Shown here: piece after piece, positions 9,765 through 20,825 of the stretch
Numbering within the stretch: the first letter of the stretch is position 1
Layout: the number at the start of each line of letters is the position of its first letter
Source of the DNA: a virus
Lineage: Duplodnaviria; Caudoviricetes
IMG/VR virus record: IMGVR_UViG_3300013713_000001
Coordinates: 165,110-229,109 of that record
Strand: one strand, 5' to 3'
Length of the DNA: 64,000 nucleotides
Notes under the pieces: generated by a model
Told to the model about the DNA's origin: nothing
Database searches by the model: none
Seen by the model: the letters and a program-made list of their open reading frames with translations, nothing else
Made by a program: the position numbers and the translations under genes

Positions 9765-11285
9765 TTAACCCCAGGAAGGGCTGTTACCAAAACCGCTGTT
9801 GCCACCGTTGTCCAAGTTCGTCACGCTTGGGGTCCCGGTTGGCATGACCGGAGTTGGCATCATCTGCTGGAGCTGGGACGGATGGATGATCTGGCCGTTA
9901 GGCAGCTGGATCAGTCCGTTAGGCAGCTGGATCGGCTGACCGCCCATGCCCATCATCCCGTTCATGCCACCCATGCCGGCCATGTTCCCCATGCCGCCAA
10001 AGCCCATGTTCATGCCACCGTACATGGCTGCACCGGCGTTCGGGTTAGGGGTTTGACGTTCGAGGAACGAACCCTGGCGAGTACAGATGTACATGACCGG
10101 CAGGTTCGTGAGGGTATCGATCCCGTAGTGAGTGACGCGGCCCTGGTGGAAGTTGCACTCGTAACGGGTCAGGCGGTCCGTATGGAGTACTTGTGGTGGT
10201 GGGGTGATAACAAAGCCGGTGTTCGGATCGATGTTCTGACCCGACGGCTGAGTCGACGACCCCGGTGCGGCGTGCGACGGCGCCTGATGGACGTTGCTGC
10301 TCACCGACATCAACCCAGCGAAGTCCTGACGACCAGCCGCCTGGTGGATCGTTTCGTCGTGGGTGTTGTGGGTGTTGTAGTCCATCTTTGGAACCTGCTT
10401 GTACCACTCGGGCAGGTTTTCCAGATCTTCGGTCCAGTTCAGGTTGACCGGGTAGATGCCCGCTTTCGCGAACTCGCTCCGGAAGGTGCTCTGGATCTTG
10501 TTGATCTGCTCGGCCACGTCGGCGTAGCAGTTGAGGTACGAGATCAGACGTGCAGCGATCGGACTGTTCGCTTCATGCACATGGTCGTCAGGTGACAGCA
10601 CGGCTGGGACGATGTACTGGAACAGGTGGATAGCCAACTTGACCGCGGCGCGGGAGACGCTGTGGTTGTTGATCTCGATCTGCTGGTTGTCGGTCTTGCC
10701 TTCGGTACGGGCGATACGGCGAACCAGTTCGTTATAGAACGGGAACTCCGGCTTCGTCGTGTAGTAGACCTTGTCGCCCGAGGTCTTCGACAGCTTGCCG
10801 CTGGACTTGTTCGTCTTGAAGTGCACGAAGCGGTTGTCCAGGCCGTTCTCTTCGACTTCCACATGCAGCCGACCGAAGAGGTCTTGGACTTCGCGAATGA
10901 CCGGACCCTTGGCGCCCTTGAGGGGTTCCAGTAGATCCAGAACGCGCTGGCTCCAGGAGTTCTTTGGCTTGTTGCCGGCGACTGGAAAGAGGACCGGTGG
11001 GATCGAACGGAAGGCGTTCAGCAGGCGCAGGGAGGTTACCTTGCGGACCACTTTGAACACTTCGGTTTCTTTCGAGGTGATGTCTTCGCACGCAGGGTGG
11101 AAGAAGACCTTGCCGACTGCCACTTCGTCGAGCACGTCAGTCGTTGGCAGGTAGAGGTTCATCCCGTCGATGGTGATCGGGTATTCTTTCCCGTCGAGGT
11201 CCAGCAGGATCTTGCCGTCCGTCTTGACGACCGTGTTCCAGGACATGAGCATGTCCTTGTACAGCTTGTTCAGTTCATTCATCAC
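9765..11285 (-). CDS. Conserved-block protein downstream of PicA-like gene (phiKZ gp70 position) with G/M/Q/P low-complexity C-terminal tail
   Basis: 506-aa ORF with strong codon bias. C-terminal ~90 aa include GGMNMGFGGMGNMAGMGGMNGMMGMGG and two IQLPNG copies; ends GFGNSPSWG. Confidence 0.8.
   Translation of the reverse strand: MMNELNKLYKDMLMSWNTVVKTDGKILLDLDGKEYPITIDGMNLYLPTTDVLDEVAVGKVFFHPACEDITSKETEVFKVVRKVTSLRLLNAFRSIPPVLFPVAGNKPKNSWSQRVLDLLEPLKGAKGPVIREVQDLFGRLHVEVEENGLDNRFVHFKTNKSSGKLSKTSGDKVYYTTKPEFPFYNELVRRIARTEGKTDNQQIEINNHSVSRAAVKLAIHLFQYIVPAVLSPDDHVHEANSPIAARLISYLNCYADVAEQINKIQSTFRSEFAKAGIYPVNLNWTEDLENLPEWYKQVPKMDYNTHNTHDETIHQAAGRQDFAGLMSVSSNVHQAPSHAAPGSSTQPSGQNIDPNTGFVITPPPQVLHTDRLTRYECNFHQGRVTHYGIDTLTNLPVMYICTRQGSFLERQTPNPNAGAAMYGGMNMGFGGMGNMAGMGGMNGMMGMGGQPIQLPNGLIQLPNGQIIHPSQLQQMMPTPVMPTGTPSVTNLDNGGNSGFGNSPSWG
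9895..9933. repeat. Tandem 18-nt direct repeat, period 21, encoding IQLPNG twice
   Basis: CCGTTAGGCAGCTGGATC at 9895-9912 and 9916-9933. Confidence 0.9.
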
Positions 11286-11293
11286 TGATCACC

Positions 11294-12742
11294 TTAGAAG
11301 TATTCTTTGATGTTACTCAGGTAGTTCTTCGATTCCGACAGACCGATTTCAGTCCCGGAGATCAGAGAACTCGAGTGGTTGATGTAGTAGGTGGCGTTGC
11401 TAAAGGTTTTGCTGTTGTTGTAATCCGTGCCGAACGAGATCGTGACACGGGTTTCACCAAACATGTGGCATTCCATATGCAGGTTGATAAGGGTACGCAG
11501 GTGAGCGTAGGGACCGGTGTACTTGGCGAAGAATGCATCGGTGAACTGGCGGTTAAAGGTTTCTACCCGCCCGTGCAGGTTGAGGTCGTTGTCCAGCACC
11601 GACATGGACTGTGCCGGAGAGAACGCTACACCACCACCGCCTTCATCGCCGCTGACGCCGTCGAAGTCAGTAGGGTTGTTGGTGCAGCTGAAGTTGTACG
11701 ACATCAAGCCGCAGGAGAGCAGCAGGTGGACACACATCATCGCTGCTTCGGAGGCAATGATCTCGTGCTGGTTAACACGGCCATAGTCCTGGGTCAGCAG
11801 CTGGGTATCGTCAGCCGCAAACTTGCTGACATCCATGTTGTCCAGGTTCAGGACGTCGATGAAGTTTGGCCAGACTTCCACCATCTCGTCAACCGACCAC
11901 CCACGGAATGTGCCAAGGCTATGAACGCTCAGTACACTCATCATTGTCTGCATGAAGGGGTTGTCGTGAGGAGAGATCTCGTTAAGGGTGGCGGTGGTCA
12001 TGTACTCACCAATCGCCCACGCCAGATTGCCATCGTTCCCAGAGGCATGATCAGCGGTTGTTACAGCCAACTTCAGCAGCTCTTTCGAGTAGTGCGTTGG
12101 GTTCAGGTTCTGGGTCTTCGACATGAGCAACTGATTGGTCAAGTCGGAGTTCGCCACCCCACAATAGTTTTGTGAAGTCCCGTCACCGTCAGTTACCGCG
12201 TAACCCAGTGCAGCACTCGCTACGTCATAAGGACGCACTGCGGCCATGTCCTTCTTACCGAAGGGGTCACCCAGGAGGAACTGATGGGTACTGTCAACGA
12301 CTTGCTTGGTCGTTGGGTAACCCTGGCCGTCATGCGACTGCGTCGTGAGCGTGCTCCAGCAGCGTACCGGTTGCAATCGCGTGGCACCGTCAAGGCCGTT
12401 CTCAGCGTTGCTATTACCGCCCACGAGGAAGCACACCACCGACATGTCTGAGCTCTCAGTGGCGTTCGAGTGGACCTGGAACTTCAGCAGGCAGATCCCT
12501 CGGCGCATGTTCATCCCTTCTTCGACGGAGACGAACCCTTGAGGCTGAGCGCAGAGCTGACCGGAACCCATGGCAACGTCGTGCAGGGTCTTCGGAAGGA
12601 TCCCGCCGGATTCTTGCTCATGACGGAGTCGGTCGATCTCCAGGTTGTCCAGGCTCAGTGTGGTGTGGCGGTGAACGTGGTGGTGCTGACTCGTGCCAAT
12701 ACCAAAGAAAGCCTGTTGCAGTACAGTTGTGATCTCAGCCAT
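11294..12742 (-). CDS. picA: Phage nuclear import factor PicA/Imp1 (phiKZ gp69-like)
   Basis: 482-aa ORF immediately downstream of the gp68-like gene and upstream of gp70/gp71-like genes. Call rests on synteny and size, not a diagnostic motif. Confidence 0.65.
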   Translation of the reverse strand: MAEITTVLQQAFFGIGTSQHHHVHRHTTLSLDNLEIDRLRHEQESGGILPKTLHDVAMGSGQLCAQPQGFVSVEEGMNMRRGICLLKFQVHSNATESSDMSVVCFLVGGNSNAENGLDGATRLQPVRCWSTLTTQSHDGQGYPTTKQVVDSTHQFLLGDPFGKKDMAAVRPYDVASAALGYAVTDGDGTSQNYCGVANSDLTNQLLMSKTQNLNPTHYSKELLKLAVTTADHASGNDGNLAWAIGEYMTTATLNEISPHDNPFMQTMMSVLSVHSLGTFRGWSVDEMVEVWPNFIDVLNLDNMDVSKFAADDTQLLTQDYGRVNQHEIIASEAAMMCVHLLLSCGLMSYNFSCTNNPTDFDGVSGDEGGGGVAFSPAQSMSVLDNDLNLHGRVETFNRQFTDAFFAKYTGPYAHLRTLINLHMECHMFGETRVTISFGTDYNNSKTFSNATYYINHSSSLISGTEIGLSESKNYLSNIKEYF

Positions 12743-12772
12743 TGTTACTCTCCATCATCTATCAAAAATAGT

Positions 12773-14332
12773 TTATTCGCTGATTTGCCTAACCAAGCGC
12801 ATAAACTCGTCACGTATTTTGGGTTCAATCTCAAGTTCAAACAAGGCACCACGTTCTACACGATCGTAGATCTCACGCTCGTTCAGAACACCGTATTCCA
12901 GGTTGGACTTCCACTGACCCGCTGCCAAACCTTCGAGGAAATCAGTAGCGTCTTCAATAGCCTCGTTAAAGGAACGACCTTCATCGTTTCTACTTTGGAC
13001 GTCACAGATGCTTTCCAGGTAATCTTTGTCAACCGAGGTCAACTTCAAAACATCCGCAATCGAGCGCATGCCATTAGGGTCGTGAATTGCACCCACCAGC
13101 GAAGGGAGGTATTCGTAACCCCATTCCGCCAACCGAACCTGTGCCAATGCAATAGCTGCCATCAGCTGAGTATAATTGGCTGCCCAGTAAATCATGATTG
13201 AGATGTCACCCTTAAAGACCATTTGCAGGAGCTTAAGGTTGTGGGGTGCCAGCTCGAATTCCCAGTTAGGGGGAATGTTATCAAAGATCTTTTCAACCAG
13301 TTCAGGCTGCTTGATACCAAGTGCCATGCAAGGAACCGTGAATCGATCAGTGTGTCGCTCCCGATCCATTTCATCCATCAGTCCCATCGAGAAGAACTCA
13401 GCTTCAACTTCTTCGTCAGTGGACTTAACCGCTTCCTTTGCCTGGTAACGTTCGTACAGCGAGCGCTTCTCTTCCTCGCCTTCGTAACCATCGTCCTTCT
13501 TGCGCCACTTGCTGCCGCTGGACTCGTGTTGGCGTACCGCCGCGTTGATCGCAGTGGCGAGGTTCTTGCCTTCCTCCGTTTCCGGAATGATGGCACAGCA
13601 GAGACGACTGAAGACCATGTTGTACAACACATGTTCTACAAAGTACTCCATGCTGCCCACGCCGTCTACTTTAAGCGGCTCACCACGCTTCTTAAAGGAG
13701 AAGTCCACGTAAAGCAGCAGCTTGCGCCAGCCGTCGGTATTGACAATGTGCGGATTGTTCTTGATCAGGTCCCCACAGACGAACTCTGCAAAGTTCATGC
13801 TCATGAACCCGGCGTAGCGGTAGGTCAGAGAGAAGATGATCGGGTAGATGGTTCGGATCAGCAAGGTCATCTTCACAATGCTGACGTAGTGGTCTTCGGT
13901 AATGGTGGTCTGCTCAGGGTAATACCCTTTGCTCGCCGCCTGGTTCAGTTCAGGTGGGATCACCAGGTGCCGGGAGTTATGGATAAAGTCCATGAACCGA
14001 GCCGGCTGGATATAGTCAAGGATTGCATCAGTGATCGGTTTGACCTCTGGCAACTCTTTCTTATAATCCCGGTAGGTGGGGTTCTCGCAGATACGGTGTG
14101 CACGCTCGTACAGCTTGAACAACTCCAAACGTTCCTCGGAGGTGTAGTACCGCTCAACGTAGTCGTTGAACGCATCGAACAATTTGCCCTCTTGCGCTTT
14201 GATATTGCCCTTGTTTGACTTCTCCAGCTTGATGGAGTTGTCGCCAGTGAACCGTAGGGAGTGATCGTTGAGGGCTACAACGATAGCCTTCATCCCTTTC
14301 ATGGATTTTCGAATAACTTCAATCGTTAACAT
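12773..14332 (-). CDS. Non-virion RNA polymerase promoter-specificity subunit (phiKZ gp68-like)
   Basis: About 520 aa, in the gp68 position of the core block. Start placed at ATG 14332 from GGAG RBS spacing (ORF track starts at 14338). Early promoter upstream. Confidence 0.75.
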   Translation of the reverse strand: MLTIEVIRKSMKGMKAIVVALNDHSLRFTGDNSIKLEKSNKGNIKAQEGKLFDAFNDYVERYYTSEERLELFKLYERAHRICENPTYRDYKKELPEVKPITDAILDYIQPARFMDFIHNSRHLVIPPELNQAASKGYYPEQTTITEDHYVSIVKMTLLIRTIYPIIFSLTYRYAGFMSMNFAEFVCGDLIKNNPHIVNTDGWRKLLLYVDFSFKKRGEPLKVDGVGSMEYFVEHVLYNMVFSRLCCAIIPETEEGKNLATAINAAVRQHESSGSKWRKKDDGYEGEEEKRSLYERYQAKEAVKSTDEEVEAEFFSMGLMDEMDRERHTDRFTVPCMALGIKQPELVEKIFDNIPPNWEFELAPHNLKLLQMVFKGDISIMIYWAANYTQLMAAIALAQVRLAEWGYEYLPSLVGAIHDPNGMRSIADVLKLTSVDKDYLESICDVQSRNDEGRSFNEAIEDATDFLEGLAAGQWKSNLEYGVLNEREIYDRVERGALFELEIEPKIRDEFMRLVRQISE

Positions 14333-14360
14333 CAGCAACTCCAGGGATTACCTAACACAC

Positions 14361-14380
14361 TGGTAATATAGGTTTGAGAA
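14361..14380 (-). promoter_or_regulatory. phiKZ-type early promoter
   Basis: Minus strand reads TTCTCAAACCTATATTACCA, containing an exact TATATTAC. Confidence 0.75.
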
Positions 14381-14403
14381 AATCTACCAAATGCAAAAAG
14401 AGG

Positions 14404-14427
14404 GGGAGGGAGGTCGCCCTCCCTCCC
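14404..14427 (-). terminator. Intrinsic terminator
   Basis: GGGAGGGAGG-tcgc-CCTCCCTCCC stem; A tract on the left gives a U tract on the minus strand. Confidence 0.7.
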
Positions 14428-14445
14428 TTTATCTTTTCTCGAGGC

Positions 14446-15135
14446 TTAGAAGTCAGCGTCGTCGTCGTACGAGGAGTCGAAGTCGCTGTTGCTGTTGTTG
14501 CTACGGCCCGGAGACTTCTGAGCGAAAGCGCCTTCTTTCGGAGCAGGCGGCTCGTACATGTCGCGCTCCATGGTGTTCACCGGCTCTTGGTGCCACTTGA
14601 CCCAGGCGCGAGCGGCCCAGCGGGACAGGGTACCGTGGTCTTCGACCTTTTGACCTTCGGCGTTCTTCATGTACAGCACGGTGTCGTTTGCGCCGCGGAA
14701 GACGATCTTCGCCGAGTACTCGCCCTTGCGGTAGGTCACGCTGATCACGCCGTCTTTCGAACGGTCGATGGTGAACATCGCTTTGACGATCGGGTTGTCG
14801 GAGATCTTGCTCTGACCGCCGGACTTGATGAAGTCCTTTTTGCGGATGACCATCTGGCGGCTTTCGAAGCCAGCGTCCATGCACGCTTCGAGGATGCCTT
14901 CCATCAGTGCGTTACGGTCGGACCAGTTCATCTCGACTTCACGATGGTTCGACTTCGAGTTCGGGTCGTAGATGCCATCGTTGATTTTCATCACGATCTT
15001 GCCGTTCGACTTCTGCTGGATGATCCAGGTCGCCGGGTACTTCCCGCCTTGGACCGGATCAATGGTCGAGGCTTGTGGTTGTTTCCAGTCATCGAAAATG
15101 GTCTTGCGGCGGGCGTTGCTGTTCGGCTGGGACAT
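14446..15135 (-). CDS. Core protein (phiKZ gp67 position) with SSB-like acidic C-terminal tail
   Basis: 229 aa, strong codon bias, beta-rich body, flexible linker, ends DFDSSYDDDADF. Confidence 0.7.
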   Translation of the reverse strand: MSQPNSNARRKTIFDDWKQPQASTIDPVQGGKYPATWIIQQKSNGKIVMKINDGIYDPNSKSNHREVEMNWSDRNALMEGILEACMDAGFESRQMVIRKKDFIKSGGQSKISDNPIVKAMFTIDRSKDGVISVTYRKGEYSAKIVFRGANDTVLYMKNAEGQKVEDHGTLSRWAARAWVKWHQEPVNTMERDMYEPPAPKEGAFAQKSPGRSNNSNSDFDSSYDDDADF

Positions 15136-15181
15136 GGGGATTTCCTTAATTCGTTACATGAAGATGGGATCAGTAGTATTA

Positions 15182-15976
15182 TTAAAGCATTTTCAGTAAG
15201 GCTGCTTTATCAATACCATCTGGGAGCATGTTGATGTTCAATCGGCAACGACTCGCCGTGGTAGCAGGTGTCCAGTTAGAATCTTTAGCCAGCTTCTTAA
15301 CGAGCTCCTTAATCCCTTTCGATGAAGACATGAAGTCAGTCGACTTATCCCCAAAGACCTGAATGGTAAGCTTGTTAAAGGGCAGGAAGTACAACTCTTT
15401 TCCGCCCGTGAGTTTGGTGTACCACTGGGTATACGGTTTAAGCTTCCCTGTGTAGGATTCCATCAGCGTAAGGCGGGCCACATGGTCATGGACGGCTAAG
15501 TCTACAACGCGGTGGGTCATCGCCACGCCTCGTCCCTTAAAGGACGGCATCCCTACATCGGTACGCTCAATAAGCTTCTGGTACTTATCATAGATAAGAT
15601 CAGCCGCCTTGCTTGAAATCTTGTCGTAACTCTTTTGCAGTTCGGTCTCGGGAACTTTTAGATCAGCCAGCGGAAACTTAAACTTTAACGAAAAGTACGA
15701 CGGAAAATAAACAATCAACTTTAACGGCTTGGTCTTACGAACTTCTTCCAACCACCGACTCATCATTTTCAAGTCAGCAATGGTATCGTCCATAAGTTGC
15801 TGAGCGGTCAGTGCAGTACGTTCTTCTTTTGTCTCGTACGCGTCATGGGCATTACGAATAAGCGTCAGCAGATTGAAAAGAATCACGTCTGACGCTCGGA
15901 TCTGTGCTGCCGCTTCGGGTTGTTCGATGGCGAGGGACGTGCCAATGCTCATCCCCAATGCACCTAGGTTTCTCAT
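15182..15976 (-). CDS. Conserved core protein (phiKZ gp66 position), possible PIN/FEN-like nuclease fold
   Basis: 264 aa, ATGA-type overlap with the SbcD-like gene. ILFNLLTLIRN and THRVVDL motifs; fold is tentative. Confidence 0.6.
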   Translation of the reverse strand: MRNLGALGMSIGTSLAIEQPEAAAQIRASDVILFNLLTLIRNAHDAYETKEERTALTAQQLMDDTIADLKMMSRWLEEVRKTKPLKLIVYFPSYFSLKFKFPLADLKVPETELQKSYDKISSKAADLIYDKYQKLIERTDVGMPSFKGRGVAMTHRVVDLAVHDHVARLTLMESYTGKLKPYTQWYTKLTGGKELYFLPFNKLTIQVFGDKSTDFMSSSKGIKELVKKLAKDSNWTPATTASRCRLNINMLPDGIDKAALLKML

Positions 15977-17091
15977 TTAATAAACTCTCCAAGAACCGCC
16001 AATGCATCAGCCATGTCAATTCCTTTATCTGCGAAATCGCTGGCTGCTTCTTTAGCGAGTAAGGTGGAGATGTTATCTTTGGTAATCGATACTCCACAGT
16101 ACGTGCTTTCTGAATACACCTCTTCTTCTACCAACTCTTCTTCGGCCTTGATGTTCTTGGCCTTGAAGCCGTACTGGGTAAACTCCTTTTCAAAGATCTT
16201 GATCACCGGAGTGACAATATCAGCAGGACCACCCTTGACTCGGATCTGCGAGAATGGGGGAAGTTTCTTGCTGTTGATAAACTCACGCAGTTGCTTAACA
16301 AGGGCTTCCGTTGAAATGTCCTCAGTCACCGTCAGGGTCACATAAGGAAGGGCTCGCTTGTTTTCCCAAAAGGTGACATTGTACGTTTCCTTCTTCTTAT
16401 CAAGGTCAATGATGTAGGCACCCTTTGGATGTTCCTCGCCATGACTGATCCGGTCAAACGACCCCATGCAGTGACGTTTGCCAACAATGCCGGGGGTGTG
16501 GATGTGACCGGAAAGAATAATGTACGTACAGATGGATTCCCACCGCGACTGATCGTGTGTGGTGTGTCGCATCTTTGTCGGTAACTGATCATGAAAGGCT
16601 TGGTGGAACAGTACAATGTCCACCTTGTCAAGCTTGTTGGCCTTTAACACATCCAGCGCCGCTTCCCAGATATCATTCGGCGTCATGGCCTTCAGGTTAT
16701 CTGGAATGCAAAGAATCGTTAAGTCATCCAGCTCAGGATAACGTTGGACTTGAATCGTGTCGACGTAACGGAAGTCAAACCCGGTTGGAGCAACGGTGAC
16801 CAGGTGACGTGGTTGCCCCCATTCATGGTAAAAGGTCCCTTCCAAATAGAGCACCGCAGTGTTACGTGCGTTGCAATAATCAGTAAACTCCTTAAACCAC
16901 TCCTTGACCTTAAACAGGTCAGGGTTAGGGGACTCAACCAGCTTATCCATCAAGTCTCCGCCAAAGAGTACGAGATCAACATTTGCGAGGTCGTTATCTT
17001 TGTAGAAGAATTGTGACAAATTGCCCAACACATGGTGAGTCGGAGTTGTCTGGTGCAACGTGTGATGGTCAGAACTTGCCAGAATACGCAT
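15973..17091 (-). CDS. sbcD: SbcD/Mre11-like metallophosphoesterase nuclease (phiKZ gp65-like)
   Basis: Calcineurin-like motifs SDHH, GGDLMD, EGTFYHE, FHQ, SGHIH and GSFDRISHGEE. Confidence 0.85.
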   Translation of the reverse strand: MRILASSDHHTLHQTTPTHHVLGNLSQFFYKDNDLANVDLVLFGGDLMDKLVESPNPDLFKVKEWFKEFTDYCNARNTAVLYLEGTFYHEWGQPRHLVTVAPTGFDFRYVDTIQVQRYPELDDLTILCIPDNLKAMTPNDIWEAALDVLKANKLDKVDIVLFHQAFHDQLPTKMRHTTHDQSRWESICTYIILSGHIHTPGIVGKRHCMGSFDRISHGEEHPKGAYIIDLDKKKETYNVTFWENKRALPYVTLTVTEDISTEALVKQLREFINSKKLPPFSQIRVKGGPADIVTPVIKIFEKEFTQYGFKAKNIKAEEELVEEEVYSESTYCGVSITKDNISTLLAKEAASDFADKGIDMADALAVLGEFIK

Positions 17092-17115
17092 CGGTAATCC
17101 CCTATCCCTAATTGC

Positions 17116-17958
17116 TTAACACTCGAAAGGTGAATCCGGAGCAGTTGGTGCCTTAGATTGTACCTGCTGTGTTTCTTTATTGATCGCGGTCGCCGAGGTC
17201 TCACCGCCGTCGGTGATAACGTCGACACCTTCCTTGCCTTCCATGTTGAAGTTGCCCAGGCTCAGTTCGGAGAGGAACTTGTACTCGTCCTTTGTAACCT
17301 GCCGACCCTTGTGGTCACGGGAGAGGATCATTCGGGCACGGTTGAGGTCTTCGATCTCGGTCTTTTGACCACGACGAAGGACGTCACGGATGTAGTAGAC
17401 GCCGCGCTCTACTTCAGGCTCGATGTCATACTTGGCAAAGAACTCTGGCTTAACCAGATCGCTCATGCTCATCGGTTTGGCTTCAAGGCCGATGCGCTCG
17501 TCCATCAGCGTGTTGGCAATGGACAGGTTGGCGTTGATATCGTTTTTCTTCGACGCATCTTCGCTGTTGGCGTGCATCATCCCTGCCACCAGACGAAGTT
17601 TCTCACGGTCTTCTTTCGTGAGGTTAACGGTGGTCAGCGGAGGGATCACCATGACAGGATCGTAGGCGCCAGTTTCCTCGTTCTTTGCAACGATGAGGAC
17701 TGCGCGTGTACCGCCGTAGGAGAAGCTGAACCACTCGCCCTGGTTGAAGTAGTTCACACCCAGGCCGTTACCCACCGCAAAGGCGAGCATCCATTTACGG
17801 ACGAACTCCTCTTCCTTCATGACGTGGGCGATGTTGTAGGGGAGGTTCTCGTCACCTTTGTTCCCCATCATCAGTCGACCGTCGTAGTCAGTGACCGTGA
17901 TGTCACGTGCCCAGCCCAGGTCGTTTTCGATGATCTGGTCGCGTTCCCGTTTGTTCAT
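17116..17958 (-). CDS. Conserved core-block hypothetical protein
   Basis: 280-aa ORF, ATGA-coupled to the upstream gene. Confidence 0.75.
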   Translation of the reverse strand: MNKRERDQIIENDLGWARDITVTDYDGRLMMGNKGDENLPYNIAHVMKEEEFVRKWMLAFAVGNGLGVNYFNQGEWFSFSYGGTRAVLIVAKNEETGAYDPVMVIPPLTTVNLTKEDREKLRLVAGMMHANSEDASKKNDINANLSIANTLMDERIGLEAKPMSMSDLVKPEFFAKYDIEPEVERGVYYIRDVLRRGQKTEIEDLNRARMILSRDHKGRQVTKDEYKFLSELSLGNFNMEGKEGVDVITDGGETSATAINKETQQVQSKAPTAPDSPFEC

Positions 17959-18362
17959 CGTTTCAGTCTCTCGTTGGTAAGTACTTTGTATTGCTCGCCA
18001 GTCACCAGAATGGTTTCTGCCAAGTCGTAATCAGAGCCATCGACCACAACCTTACCGGTCAAAATTAGCCTGTAATTGTTTGCCTGCCCAGTGATATTTT
18101 GCTTGATCACCTCGATCAGGACTTCGTCAAACTGTTCCTTCATGTACTCAAGAAACTGGGTCTTAAGGTTTTCCCTCAACCGCTCAGGTGTCTCACCGTA
18201 CTTCTGCCAGAGGCCGTAGAAGTTCGGGACATTGCTGATGAGCTTGTCCTGGTTTTCACGTGCTGCAAAGAAGTAGGTAGTATGGAGAGCGATTGCGTTT
18301 AACGGTGACTCTGTTTCCCAGCCATAGCGGGTGTCCATCGTGCCAATGCAGAACCGACCCAT
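17955..18362 (-). CDS. Conserved core-block hypothetical protein
   Basis: 135-aa ORF with GAGGA RBS. Confidence 0.75.
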   Translation of the reverse strand: MGRFCIGTMDTRYGWETESPLNAIALHTTYFFAARENQDKLISNVPNFYGLWQKYGETPERLRENLKTQFLEYMKEQFDEVLIEVIKQNITGQANNYRLILTGKVVVDGSDYDLAETILVTGEQYKVLTNERLKR

Positions 18363-18421
18363 TATCTTGTCCTCAATAAAAAAGAAACCCTCTATAAGAA
18401 AGTAAAAAAAAAAAGAAGTGA

Positions 18422-18449
18422 ACGGGTGAGGGGTCTCCCCCTCACCTGT
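18422..18449 (-). terminator. Intrinsic terminator
   Basis: ACGGGTGAGGGG-tctc-CCCCTCACCTGT stem followed on the minus strand by a long U tract (A run at 18404-18414). Confidence 0.75.
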
Positions 18450-18460
18450 CCTTTCAAAGG

Positions 18461-19085
18461 TTACTCTTCTGTTTTGTCACGGAACTGCAGACGGCGCTCA
18501 CCTGCACTCGACGTGATGTCGAACTCAGTGGTCGCGATGTGGTGGTTACTGGCAGCGTGGGTCTTGTGCGCATAGACCTTGTCACGGTAGCTGTACTTGC
18601 CAGCTACCGAGTCACTGTAAGACGTCCGTCGGAGGTGGTTAACCTCGTCTTCACGGGTAAGGTTGACAACGCCGTCAAACATGCGTCGCCAGATCAAGTT
18701 GTCTTCACCGATCCCCTTACAGAAGTGACTGAACTCACCACCATAGCCTTCGATCTCCCCGTCCAGGTACAGCTGCTGGACGAGTGGGTTGGCCATGATG
18801 ATATCACGCATGTAGCCTTCAGCTTGTTGCTGTGCATTCAGACTACCCAGGTACCCTATCGAATAACGGCTAACGTACTCACCATCTTCTTTGTTCAGGA
18901 GTCGCTTACCCATTTCCCACGCACGGGAGTTGAGGAAGTTGTCAAATGACTCCATGTTCTTTGCAGCTTGATCACCCAACCAACCACCAAACCGACCCAA
19001 GGCCTGGTTAGCACGGTTCAGGTAATCGGCGTAGCGGTTAATGGAATTCTCGGTATGACTGCCCGAGATTGAAAAGCTAAACGCG

Positions 19086-19099
<14 letters not shown>
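18461..19099 (-). CDS. Conserved core protein (phiKZ gp59/Imp3-like by position and recalled motif)
   Basis: TTG start with GGAGG RBS, overlapping the beta'-N gene. MRDIIMANP..QLY..G.IEGY..IGED..WRR..DG pattern is recalled from this family; name tentative. Confidence 0.5.
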
Positions 19100-20741
<1,642 letters not shown>

Positions 20742-20775
20742 AAAGCTAACTCCTGAAATTTAAAAAGAAGAATAG

Positions 20776-20803
20776 GGGTTAGGGGACCGAAGCCCCCTAA
20801 CCC
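20776..20803 (-). terminator. Chimallin terminator
   Basis: Minus strand GGGTTAGGGGGC-UUCG-GTCCCCTAACCC followed by a U-rich tract. Confidence 0.8.
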
Positions 20804-20825
20804 ACTAATCAATTACTGCTACCGC

